This document shows, piece by piece, positions 12,217 through 26,203 of a stretch of 64,000 nt of DNA. The position numbers and the translations under genes were made by a program. The notes beneath the pieces are model-generated. The model saw only the letters and a list, made by a program, of their open reading frames with translations, did no database searches and was not told the DNA's origin. Each line of letters begins with the position of its first letter. The first letter of the stretch is position 1. The stretch comes from the human T2T-CHM13v2.0 reference genome, Homo sapiens, in assembly GCF_009914755.1 (NCBI RefSeq), contig NC_060934.1; one strand, given 5' to 3'.

Positions 12217-13026
12217 CTGGAAGGAAAGAGAGAAGATACACCACTTTGCCAGGGGTGCCGGGCGGAGGTGATGTCTGCAAAGGAGGGGCCGCTGGACGTT
12301 GCAGGACTCACCAAGAGCCTGACTTAACCCAGCAAGACTAAGAGGCTGGACACCCCGAAGCAGGCCTGGAGCCTTAACCTCAAATATCAGCAACTCCTGT
12401 TCTTCACATCAGATTGTCCCTCTCTCCCTCAAGCCTCCTTCTCACTGGCCTCAGCCAAGGATGTTCCAGGATGCTGCCATCCAAATGGCTCAAACTTGCC
12501 CCAGGCCTGGAGGGCCTAAAATACGTCCTCTGTGTTCACCGTTCAGTTCTCCAAAGTGGACAGACTTTCACTGTTTCTCCACCTCTCTGTATTGCTTGCT
12601 TGGCTTCTGGAGTAAAGGATCCATAAGGCACAAAAACTAAGCCTCTTATCTGCCTAGTTAGGAAGATGATGTATTAACAAAGAAAGGAAGGACTCTTCCC
12701 CTACTAGAGAAAATACTTTATCCCTTGGCTTCCCATTTGTAAAATGGGGTTACAGGGTTGCTTAAAAGGATTACTTGAAATAACATTGGCACGGAGCAGG
12801 GCCTGTTGTAACCAGGCAAGAAAAGGTGTTTATAATAATTCCGTGGAATTTCAAATCAGGACACGCAACTGGGAATTTTAATTTAAAATAGCAGGAAACA
12901 GGACTGTTGTCAGAGTAATGTCTGGTTCCTTGCTGGGTCTGGTCTTGTAATCACTAATTCAAAATATTGTTGCTTCTGAGAAGATACCTAGCATTCTCAT
13001 GCTGCACAGATAAAAACAGTAGCCAG

Positions 13027-13443
<417 letters not shown>

Positions 13444-13640
13444 TCACAAAGAGGAGGGTGGGATGGGGATGGGGGAGGCGGTGGTAGTCACAACCCCCTT
13501 TGAGAACTTGATGAAACTACTAGACCTTTCTGGTTCAGAAAAAGTACATTCATCCATACACACAAAATCCTGTATACAATTTCAGATTAGGGAGAAGTTA
13601 AAATCTCCTGACATAAACAAGCTCGAAACCTCTGGGGTCA

Positions 13641-14297
<657 letters not shown>

Positions 14298-15744
14298 CTA
14301 ATTCCTCAAATGAAAGATGAAAGGCGTGGGGTGGGATGTTGCCAGGTTCTCCCAGGCCTGGCCTCTGGCATTCCAAGGGCTCAGGAGGAAGAGAACGCCA
14401 TCCGTGCTCCACCTGAGCTGTATGTGAGGCAGGCCTCTGATGGCCGCTGGCCTGGCTGGGCCTGGCTCAGTCCTAGATCTGGGGAAGGGGCTGTGGCTCC
14501 TCAGAAATAAAAGTCCAAATAAACCACAGCAGGAAACACTTTCTGGGGAAAGGGGCCACCTTCTTACTCCCAAATACCCTCTCCCAGTCATAGCCCTTCT
14601 TCAAACCTCCACTCATACCCTCCACAGACACTGCTTGCTCTCCCTCCCTGCCTAATACCTCCTGGCACAAATGTAGCTCCTTTTACTAGTGTCTAACTTA
14701 AACCCTTCCTCTTTTGTTTTGAAAGAATCCTAAAACTCATCAGAGCACAAATCATGCACGATTCTACGCATACCCCAACTGCCTCAGTTTCTAGTTTCTG
14801 CCCCCACCACCCTGCAAGAGCTATTCTGTTCCCAAGTCCTACTGCTCTATTCAAGGACAAAACAAAAACCATGTGAAGAAAAATCAATCAGTTCATCTGT
14901 CCATCGATTGATTGATCTATCTCTCTCTCTATTCATCCATCCATCTATCCCTGAAAAGCAGGACATGGAGGAAAGGGAACCTCAGGGTTTCAGTCCAACC
15001 CCTGGCACAGGAATCCTGTCTATCATAACCTTGATGCTCTGCCCAAATTTCCCACGGAGGGCTCACTATCTCCTGATCCCTGGATACTCCCATTCCCGGC
15101 AGCCCTGTCAGTTAGGAAATGGACTCAGCATCTATTTCCCTGACTTCCGCATGGCAGTCCTTGTTCTGTCCCCTTGAGTCAGGCTGAATGACACTCTGCC
15201 TTCATTCCCATGACACCCTTCAGAAGAGGACCAGCCCATAGACCCGTAAGTCTTGGCAGAAGAATCCAGAAGCCCTTTCTCCTATCTGTATAGCTAGATA
15301 AAATGTTGTCGATTTTACTAAGAAGCACGTTTGATTTTACTAAGAAGCACATTTGAAACAGAATATAGAAAAATGGGATGAGGCCTCTGCAATAGTTATT
15401 CTAGCAACAGTGCCAGTGAAAATGTGTTTTAATATTTCTAAAAACAACATTTTAAACATTTTAGTATCAATTTTCTTTAAAAGCCATGTGACACTACTTC
15501 TCTTAATGGCTTAATATAAAAGTGTATAATTTATACCTATTAAATAAGACTGAAAATAGCAGTATTACCCAGGATGGAACCCTGAACTCTTACGTTATAG
15601 GTGACAACGTAAATTAACACAGGCTTCTCAGAAAGCAGTCTGGCAGCCTGTTTCAAGAGCCATAAAAAACACCCATACTCTTTGATCCAATAATCCCAGT
15701 CCTGGTATTTTATCCTAGGAAACTAGTTTTTTAAAAAGAGAAGG

Positions 15745-16032
15745 GGCCAGGCGTGGTGGCTCACACCTGTAATTCTGGCATTCTGGGAGGCCAAGGCAGG
15801 TGGATCACTTGAGCTCAGGAGTTCAAGACCAGCCTGGGCAGCATGGCAGAACCCCATCTCTAAAAAAAATACAAAAATTAGCTGGGCATGGTGGTATGCA
15901 CCTGTAGTCCCAGCTACTTGGGAGGCTGAGGTGGGAGGATGGCTTGAGCCCAGGAGGCGAAGGTTACAATGAACTGAGATCGTGCCACTGGCACTCCAGC
16001 CTGCGCAACAGAGTGAGACAGTCTCAAAAAAA
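15745..16032 (+). mobile_element. Alu (AluJ-like), inserted in an old L1M fragment
   Basis: Diverged Alu dimer with ggatggcttgagcccagg right arm. Confidence 0.92.
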
Positions 16033-16557
16033 AGGGCGGGAGTGGGAAAGAATGTTACATGCATTAGGATATTCATTCAAATGCTGTTTAGCAGTCAGCA
16101 GAAGGGGACTGGGTAAGTAAAGCATGATTTTACCCACTTAGTCATGTCCATGCAACTGTAATCATTTAAAACTCTGAAAACTAGTGTGCAGCTGGATAAA
16201 CTCCCTAAGGTATGATAAGGGAGAAAGCACAGTTAGAACTATACATGCAAACAGATCAGCACTGCAAGCAACATAGAAAAAGCTCAAAATAGTTGATTTG
16301 ATGGGTAGTAGGATCAGGGTGATTTAAAAATGTTTTTCCTTATTGCCAGTATTGCATTATCTGTATAATAAGCGACATTTAAAAAATGATATACTGTCAT
16401 TGGGATACTTCCTTCAGTAACAAAAATTAATGGAGGAGGCTACAGAGTTTACTGTGAAGAATTTGGGTAAGTCTCCACTGTTCTGTGCTTCTGGGGTTGC
16501 CCCACATGTTTCATGAAGAATTCTAACATCTGCCCATCCTCCTCCATGGGGGTATTA

Positions 16558-16929
<372 letters not shown>

Positions 16930-17011
16930 CAACAAATCATACTCCTGGAGTATCTTGGAGGAAATTTAGAGCAAATATATTAATAATTGTTTTTACCCCT
17001 AAAAGGGATCA

Positions 17012-17455
<444 letters not shown>

Positions 17456-17494
17456 CTACCTCACTGTGTCCTGTGGAACTGAGGGCAGAACAGC

Positions 17495-17663
17495 CATGCA
17501 CACTGTGGGTCTTTTAGCCATGTGTTTTGATACCACATGGGTGGGGGGTGGGGGCTGTGGAAAGCCAAGTAGGTTGCTCCTCTGGAAGATCGCACGTGGC
17601 ATGCAAGTGCAAGACTCATGCACGAGGACAGGAAGAAGACAGTGGCCACCCTCGGGACATGCA
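17495..17663 (-). promoter_or_regulatory. Cluster of four TGCATG RBFOX elements downstream of the cassette exon
   Basis: Plus-strand catgca at 17495, 17600, 17617 and 17658. Confidence 0.7.
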
Positions 17664-17729
17664 CACATCTTTGAGAGACAGGCAGCAGGCAAGAATCACT
17701 GGCATTCCAGCTCGGGGAGTAAGCAGTAC

Positions 17730-17813
17730 CCAAGGTGATCGTGGCATAAATGACTCCTTCGGGCACCTGCACCCATCTGGGGACTCCAGTGGGGAGAAAT
17801 CCGCCAGAGTGAC
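17730..17813 (-). CDS. AFAP1L2: Alternative cassette exon between exons 5 and 6 (GHSGGFLPTGVPRWVQVPEGVIYATITL), 84 nt, phase 1-1
   Basis: Long CU-rich tract then tatgcag|GT acceptor; G|gtactg donor; length divisible by 3, no stop, phases match exons 5 and 6; four downstream TGCATG motifs. Confidence 0.75.
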
Positions 17814-19293
17814 CTGCATAACATCCAGGAGCACAGACAGAGGGAAGAGAAGAGAGACAGAATGAAGAGAGGAGCACGCCCAAGTGCAGAGACACAAAGA
17901 GAGAGACCCAGATGTGGCAACTCGGCTGCCAGTCCACCAGAGGTTAGTGCTTGCCCATCAGAGGTGTAGGCTGTTGGGTGAGGCCACTGCTAAGCCAAGG
18001 ACATCATTTCCTAGATCCAGACCCCTTCACATCCAGAGATGACCATGTGACTACTTGTCACCAAGGGACTGTGGGCAGAAGTGATGTGCGTGACTTCCGG
18101 CTGGTGCTGTTAAGAAGCAGATAGGGGTTCTCTGCTCTCTCTTTGCAGAGGATTTTGCGTCCCTCGAGGGTGGCCGAGACAAACATGGAAGGAGCCCGGG
18201 CACCTAATCTACATGAGGATGAGTAATGCCCCACACTGAAATACCCGAGTGAGAAACAGGTTTGCATTGTGTTACTATAAACAGGAGCTGCTGGGTTATT
18301 TGTTACAGCTGCTAGCAGTACCCCAGGGTGAGACACCATCAGTGAAGAACCTGGTATCTCTGGCAAGCAGGGCAGACCCCGATATCCCTAGCACAGGCCA
18401 GCAGGGCACTTATTACACATGTGCTCAGAGAGAGGGACATGACCCAGGGGAGCGGTGTGGGGATAGGGCTGATAGAGCAGGTCAAGAATCCAAGCAACTG
18501 GCCTTTTGCAAGAAGTCAGCAAATCGCTATGGCCGCCAACTATAGCAAGGGGCTGGGGCCCCACGCCTATTCCTCCAGTCACAACCTGCATGTCACACTG
18601 TTTGACCAGGCAGGACCTGAGGTCAGGCCAGCTTGTAAGGCAGGTGAAGGCCTCCCTCTGTGCTGACCATGACTGCTTCTCCCCAAGTCATCCCCAGGCC
18701 TCTCCTTGGCAGGACAGGCAGGGCTATGTTCCCTCCCACCTCGCAGCTGGTTTTCCTCCATCTTGGAGCTTTCCTGACCCACTCCACACAGTGAGTTCAA
18801 GCTGTCCTTGGGATGACCCCTAGTCCCGGCTACGACCAATATGAACTCACAGTTGAGAGACAAAACCAAGAAGCGCTGGCCTTTCTGACCACTTGTTTGT
18901 GTCGAGATGGAGTGTCTGACCCACAAACCGGCCCCCTGGTGCGTCTGGCAGGCAGGCCCCTGCTGGCCCGGCCACACCTGGGAGCAGGGAAGTGCTCACT
19001 GCGGTGAGTCACTGTTTCCACCTTCAACGCGCATCCAGACAGCAGCACCGCACCCTCGCCTTTGGTCTGAAATCACAGCCCGACTGGTGAGCTGGCACCA
19101 CCTCGCATGCTCAGTGGGTCAATGCTAAGTGCTGGCTGCCCACAAAGCCAGCGTCTTAGAATAGACTCAGCCTAAACAGGCGCTCACTTCCCACAGAGTT
19201 CCCAGCAGGAGGTGGCAGGTAAGTGTGAAGGAAGGGCAGGGGAATCCCATCCCGCTCCCAGTCACCGGTCCCATCTCATCCCTGGTCCTGTTC

Positions 19294-19697
19294 TTTTTAT
19301 TTTTATTTCAATAGTTTTTGGGGTTCAGGTGGATGCATTCTTTAATGATGATTTCTGAGATAGTGCACTGTCATTCGAGTGGTGTACACTGTACCGAATA
19401 TGTAGTCTTTTATCCCTCACCCCCACTCCCAATCTTCCCCCGCTAGTCCCCAAAGTCCATTATATCACTCATGCCTTTGGGTCTTCATTGCTTAGCTCCC
19501 ACTTATAAGTGAGAACATAAGATATTTGGTTTTTCATCCTGAGTTACTTCACTTAGAATAATGGCCTCTAGCTCCATCCAAGTTTCTGCAAAAAACATTA
19601 TTTTATACCTTTTTCTGGCTGAGTAGTATTCTGTGGTGTGTATGTACCACATTTTCTTTATCCCCCTCATTGGTTGATGGCACTTAGGTTGGTTCCA
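19294..19697 (-). mobile_element. 5'-truncated L1 3' end (L1PB-like) with ~20-bp TSD ctcat.cctggtcctg.tcttt
   Basis: Typical L1 3'UTR (cccacttataagtgagaacat; ggctgagtagtattc); flanking direct repeat at ~19275 and ~19699. Confidence 0.88.
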
Positions 19698-20071
19698 TCT
19701 CATTCCTGGTCCTGCTCTTTATGGAACCAACAACACCTTCCTCAGCCTAGTTCATTCCCAGCCCCAGGGGCCCTAGCCTTTTATATCTGCTGATTGATTT
19801 ATGCTTTGAAAGCCCTTTCACCTACAAAGGAAGGAAAGAGAAGGAGGACAGAAGGGGAGGACCACAGTCCAGCTGCCACAGAGACGAGGGTCACAACCAC
19901 TTCTTTCTGAATCTCAAAGCCTTCCTGTGTGATCAAATCCCCACACCAAGAGCACTTTTGATCCAACTTCCTCAGGCTGAGAGCCATCAGCCAAGGACAG
20001 AGGGTGTTAGCATGAGCCCTGCCTACAGAGCCGCTCACACAGTGTCCAGGGCGATCTTTTCAATACCTAAG

Positions 20072-20430
20072 TGATATAGTTTGGCTGTGTCTCCACCCAA
20101 ATCTCGTCTTGAATTGTAGCTCCCATAATTCTCACGTGTCATGGGAGGGACCTGGTGGGAGGTAATTGAATCATGGGGGTGAGTCTTTCCCATGCTGTTC
20201 TCGTGATAGTGAATAAGTCTCACGAGATCTGACGGTTTTATAAAGGGGAGTTTCCCTGTACACGCTCTCTCTTGCTACTGCCATGTAAGACGTCTTTGCT
20301 CTTCGTCTTCCACCATGATTGTGAGGCCTCTCCAACCATGTGGAACTGTGAGTCCATTAAACCTCTTTCCTTTATCAGTTACCTAGTCTCGGGCGTGTCT
20401 TTATTAGCAGCATGAGCACAGAGTAATACA
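20072..20430 (+). mobile_element. THE1 (MaLR) solo LTR with perfect 5-bp TSD ctaag
   Basis: tgatatagtttggctgtgtc...taataca termini; TSD at 20067-20071 and 20431-20435. Confidence 0.93.
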
Positions 20431-20509
20431 CTAAGTTAGGTCAGTCCCTAAGTAACCCTCTGGAGGTTTGCAGTCTTTCCTCATTCAGAACTAGGCCAAA
20501 GTCATTCCT

Positions 20510-20870
20510 GTGGCTGGCAGCCCCATCTGCGTCCCCACCTCCTTTCATTCTCCCCTGCTCCTGCCATGCTGGCCTCCTTGTTGTTCCTCAGACACACCCA
20601 GAGCTCTCCTGCCTTGACGCTTTTGCAGATACCATGTTCTCTGTCTGGAAAGTTCTTCCTGAATGTATCTGCCTGACTCACTCTCCACTTCATTCAGGAA
20701 TCTGTTTAAGTCATGCTATCAGAGAAGCCTTCCCTATCTAAAGTAACTCCCCTGTCCTGCAGAAGCCCAGCTCCTGTTCTGTTTTCCATCCTCTCACTTA
20801 TCACCACCGACACATGCTGTTTATTTGTTGTCTGTTTTCTCTCACGGAATGTCAGTGCTGGGATGACTGG
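20510..20870 (+). mobile_element. L2 3' fragment
   Basis: ctggcctccttgttgttcctcagacacacc...tttatttgttgtctgt resembles the L2 3' end. Confidence 0.6.
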
Positions 20871-21338
20871 GCTCCTGTCCCTGACACAGCGGGAGCACCA
20901 TAACTATGAGTCCAGTGAAAGAACATGGAAACTGAGCTCAGACTCAGCCTGACCGCCACTTCCATTGCTGACCAGGGCCTTGGGCCTGTTGGCCAACACT
21001 CCTCTCTTCTGTCACCTTTGTGCTGAAATCTCACAACTTGCAGGCAGGAACCACAGAAAACATCAGATGCAGTCAATCTATTTGTTGTGTACCATCCCTC
21101 ATTCCTCCTTGCAGGACAGCTAGGTCTGCTGTGGGTCTTGGCTCCCCATTCACACTAAAGGCTGAATGCTCTGTGGCCAGTTCTCAATTTGGACCATGCT
21201 TTCCTGTCACAGCAGCCCAGACTACCCTCTGTCACCCAGCCCAGGATGAGTGTATCTGTTACCCCCAGGTAAGTCTGCACCAACATCTGTGCAGGAAGCA
21301 GTAAGTCACCCTCCCAAGCCCCAGCCGCTGGGATGTAC

Positions 21339-21429
21339 CATTGAGGGATGTGTCATATGGCTCAGCCTCTTCATAGTAGCCCTCTGGAGACTCCGTCTTT
21401 GGGATGGCAAGCTGTTTCCGTTCTGGAAT
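21339..21429 (-). CDS. AFAP1L2: AFAP1L2 exon 5 (IPERKQLAIPKTESPEGYYEEAEPYDTSLN), 91 nt
   Basis: cacag|ATT acceptor, G|gtacat donor, phase 0-1; peptide visible in ORF 21259..21483. Confidence 0.95.
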
Positions 21430-22396
21430 CTGTGGTATGAACAAATAAGACAAACGTTTGCAGATATGGTACACTGGGAGCAACTTGGAAATAACTCTTC
21501 GGGTGGAAGTCTAGAAGACAAAAATGCCCAGCTGGACTTTAAACTTTAAGCAAGTTGGGAGGGAGAACATGCAGTATCATGAATCCCATCAGTCACAGTC
21601 CATAGTGTTTGGTCTGTAGCCACGGAAGGGCTGTGGGCACGTTGTTTAACCTTGCCAAGACTCAGCTTTCTCCCCTGCAAAATGAGGCTCAAGCCCCCTA
21701 CCACACACACAAAATATCATTATGTACATGATATATCATGCACTTAGCAGTCCAGAGAGTGCCCGGCTGTTGGGATAGCTATTGTGGCTTTTAAATAGAA
21801 TATATTTTCTAAAAAGACAAGTGCTAATCAATAGCACAGGGAGAAAGAGGACCAGGTTTCTAAATCCTACACTTTTACCATAATATAGTTCAATCACTCA
21901 TTCAGCAAATATTGGATGACTTCCATGTACTAGCTGAGAGGGACACATCGAAATTTCAGGAGTCAGTCCTAAGAAAAGCTTGAGTAGCTGGTAGATTTTT
22001 AACAGCTCCTGGTCAAGTGCATTGTGATATAGTAGTGCTATAATGGACAAGGTCAAAGTTCTGTGAGAACCACAGGAGGGTGTGAGGAATATTTAGGACA
22101 AAGGAAGGATGCCCAGGGTATGTGATCTTTGCGCCGAGCCTCAAAGATGACCCTGAGCTTATGTGGGATGAGGTTGAACGTGTGCAATTTGAGAATAAAA
22201 AACACCTGCAACTGTGTCAGAAGCACAGAACGTGAAATCATTGTGTTCCTCCCTTATTCCACCTGCATAGTAGGCACTAGACTATGAAGCTATGCTTCAA
22301 TAAGCTACCTTTATAAACAACCATGGGGGAGAAAAAGAGGTAATTTGTTGCATTACTATTATGACAGACAGGTCGTGAATGTGTAAGCACCCTTGA

Positions 22397-22723
<327 letters not shown>

Positions 22724-24351
22724 TGAATCATGAAACTCCATGGGAATATGCATAATGAGTTCACAACAGAAGTGGCAGAGCTCGAAATGTATTCCCTCCC
22801 ACTCTTGATTTTGAGAAGTCCTTGTGCTGCGCCCTCCGCGTGAGAGGGAAGGCCTGGGCCTTCAAGGAGGCTCCACGTGAAAGCACAGGCAGGCTGTGAG
22901 GTGGGGGAGGTTGTAGGGGGAGATGATGGAAGCAGCAGCCAATGGAAGGACGCTGCAGTGCCCTGAGCTCAGGTGGACCCCTGTGCTTTGGGGGAGAGGG
23001 TAATGCTAGGAATCCAGAAACTCCTGCCATGAAAAATGGATTTGGGGGACCCAGGATGGAGGTAGCTCCCCTACTCCTGGCCCAGGAGACAGTGGGAGGA
23101 CAGGCAGCCTGTGCTTAGCCCCTGTGGGACAGTCCTCAGCCTGGGCTGCAAGAGTATCCCTTCCAGCTTCCCCAGGGTGAGGATACCAGGGTCCCCAGAG
23201 CCCAGTCCTGTGTGGTTTGGACTCTACAGTCTGTTTATATAGACCCTGGAGTTCATGTAACTTGATTTCAATCCGGGCTTCAGGACCTCATAGATTTAAC
23301 CTTGGGTATGTGACAGCCTCTCTGAGCCTTGCTTTCCTTCTTTATAAAATAATAATACTAGGGTTGTTTTGAAAATTCAATGAGACAAAACGTGATAGTG
23401 TTTCCACAGGGCCTGGCCCATATTAAATACAAGGAGGCCATTGTTATCACTGTCTGGGGCCCCTCCACAGTCCCAGGGTCTGCAGGTTGCGCAGTGAGGG
23501 CAGTTAATGTGACAGGCAGTTAATGTGTTGTCCTGAAAGCTGAGACGAAGAGGATCGACCCTGTCGGGGCATCGCAGAGGGTTGGCTGAGGCCAGGCCAC
23601 AGCCTGGGTCCAGCACCAGATCTGGTCCTGTACCAACAGAGCTGATATGAGGCACAGGGCAGGCTCAGAACAGCCTTCAGCCCTCCTCTGGCATGTGGCA
23701 CCCCCTACAAAGAAAGGAATCAAAGAATTTGGTCACTTCATAAGCAAACCCGACACTGTACTGGGCTGACAGACGCACTGCTGAAGGGAGCCAGGTTGCA
23801 CACCTCTGCCCAGGCTCCTGCCTGGCAGCCAGGCCCTAGCAGACAATGAGCGTGCCATTGGTAACTTCTAGTGTATGGTCCTCCCTCTTTGCCAGCCCCA
23901 GCCTGGTACAAGATCTTTGCTCTCTCAGCCTTTCCTGGTCCCCCTGGTCAGCCAGCAGCCTGAGAAAAGGCTGAGACAGTGACAGACTTGCCTGTGGTCC
24001 ACTAACAACAGGCTCCCTAGGGTCCACAGGGAAAGGGTCCTCTCGCCTCTGTGGCAGTAAGGTCTCCCCAGTGGGTCCCAGGGCTCATCAGCCTGATCTG
24101 GCTGGGCCTCCAGCTCCAGCCTCCAAGAAACTCCGTTCCCGTCAGGTGGGTCCCATCTGGAGAAAAGCTCTGGGCACCCGAGATCTGGCCCAAGGTCAGG
24201 ATTCTCTAGAGTCGAACAGGACAAAGGGAGGAGTGAACCCTTCTGCAGGAGCTCCCCATGGGTCATCATCACCACAGGGTCTGTCCCTGGGGGCCTCCTG
24301 TCCTGTCTAGGGTGGAGCCAGGCAGTGTTTTGTGAGTGTCTCCTAAGCTTC

Positions 24352-24777
24352 TGTTGAGAAGAAAAATAGCTCAGAGAAGTTTGAGCTACGCGAGGTGTGC
24401 AAAATGTATCAAGCCCAGGAGTATGGGGCTTCAGGCACCGTTTTCTCCCCTCCCCATTCCTGGGGGCAACTGTTTAAAGGCATTTTACTCCTCACTAGCT
24501 GCCTCATCCATTGTCTTCAGGTTCCTGTAATTTATGATACAAAGAACAATGTTTAGCTGATCGATAGCTTACAGTATTTTAATATAAAATATTGGTAAAC
24601 AACTTAAAAACTGCCTCTTCTTTTTCCTTTGAAAACCCACTTGTAACTGCTGCCAATAGGAACATGGATTCAGGGTAACTTGAATCTGTGCTCTTGGGCT
24701 GCAGCCCTGAAATTTTGGTCAGAATAAACTCTCTACTTATATTTATTTTGTCTCCGTTTTTTGCCTGTAGGTTGACA
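24352..24777 (+). mobile_element. Solo ERV LTR (LTR47-like)
   Basis: TG...CA termini (tgttgagaag...gttgaca), AATAAA near 24723, LTR-like length; subfamily tentative. Confidence 0.65.
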
Positions 24778-25298
24778 CTGCAAAATCTGAAAATGGCTCA
24801 CTATGCAGAGACAGTGCAGGGCAGGAGTGGAGTCCGATCTCCAGAACCAGGCTTGAATTCTGACACTGGGACATCCTTGCTATGTGACTCCGACCAATTC
24901 ACTTGACCTCTCTGGACTTGGCATAAGAAGGGGAGAATAGAAATATCTGTCACATGGGGTTGCTGTAAGGATTGAAGTGTGCCTATCACTATTCAATATT
25001 CAATACATATTAGTTTTTACTAATCTAAAAAATAAAATGTAAAAATAAGAAAGGGAGAAAAGTTTTGCGTATATGTGTTTGGTGGAGGATAAACTAGTGT
25101 ACTCTGGGGGTGGGTACAGAGGAGACCATAGGGTGGAGTCCCAGCTCTCAAGAATGCTGGGTTAAATGATGAGTCACATGATTAAACAGACACAGTGACC
25201 TATTATCAGAGCTTCAAGGAGACAGATCCTCATCTCACAGGGTTAAGGAGAAAGGACTATTATTTTGATTATTATCATTATGATGGTGAAGACCGTGA

Positions 25299-25594
<296 letters not shown>

Positions 25595-25721
25595 GAAGAC
25601 TGTGAATATTAAATGAAGATCCAGAAGAGATTTAACATCAAAACCTGAAAAACTTTGACTGTTTGGAGGAAGGGACTGCGTGAGCGAGTCAGGCTTGGCA
25701 GGATTGACCAGACCAGAGGTC

Positions 25722-25953
25722 CAGAGGGCCGCAAATCTTTTCAGGAAAGGGCCAAAAAGTAAATATTTTAGGGACTTGTGGCCACTCGGGACCTCTGTCT
25801 TATCTCAGCTATTCAACTCTATTGCTTGCTGTAGCTCAGAAGTCCACAGACTAATACAACTAAATAAGGCTGGCTGTGTTCTAATAAAACACTATTTACT
25901 AAAGGATGTTACAGATCAGATTTGGCCAGTGAGCTACAGTTTGCCAACACCTG
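25722..25953 (+). mobile_element. MER58A-like hAT-Charlie DNA transposon
   Basis: cagagggccgcaaa...agtttgccaacacctg terminal inverted ends; ggctgtgttctaataaaac internal motif. Confidence 0.8.
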
Positions 25954-26203
25954 GCTTAGACTAGACACAAGAGCTGATGAGGGGTGGCTCAGAGGACCCG
26001 AGGCATCCTCACAGCTCTAACCATCCTGCCCCAGAGTATGCTGCAGAAGGCTCCCAGGTGGGGGTGAGTGGACAGGCCAGGCCCAGCCTCCGAGGCTAGC
26101 CACGGCAATGTCCTTTTAGGGATTAAGTGGTTTCCCCCACAGAGAAGCTCATGTAAGAGCAGGCCAGCGCATGGCCAGGCCTCAGAGGGACGATGGGGTG
26201 GAG

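Noticed and set aside
15311-15356. Short two-copy tandem duplications (also ~11284, ~54141, ~63281)
   Set aside because: Ordinary slippage duplications with no sign of function.
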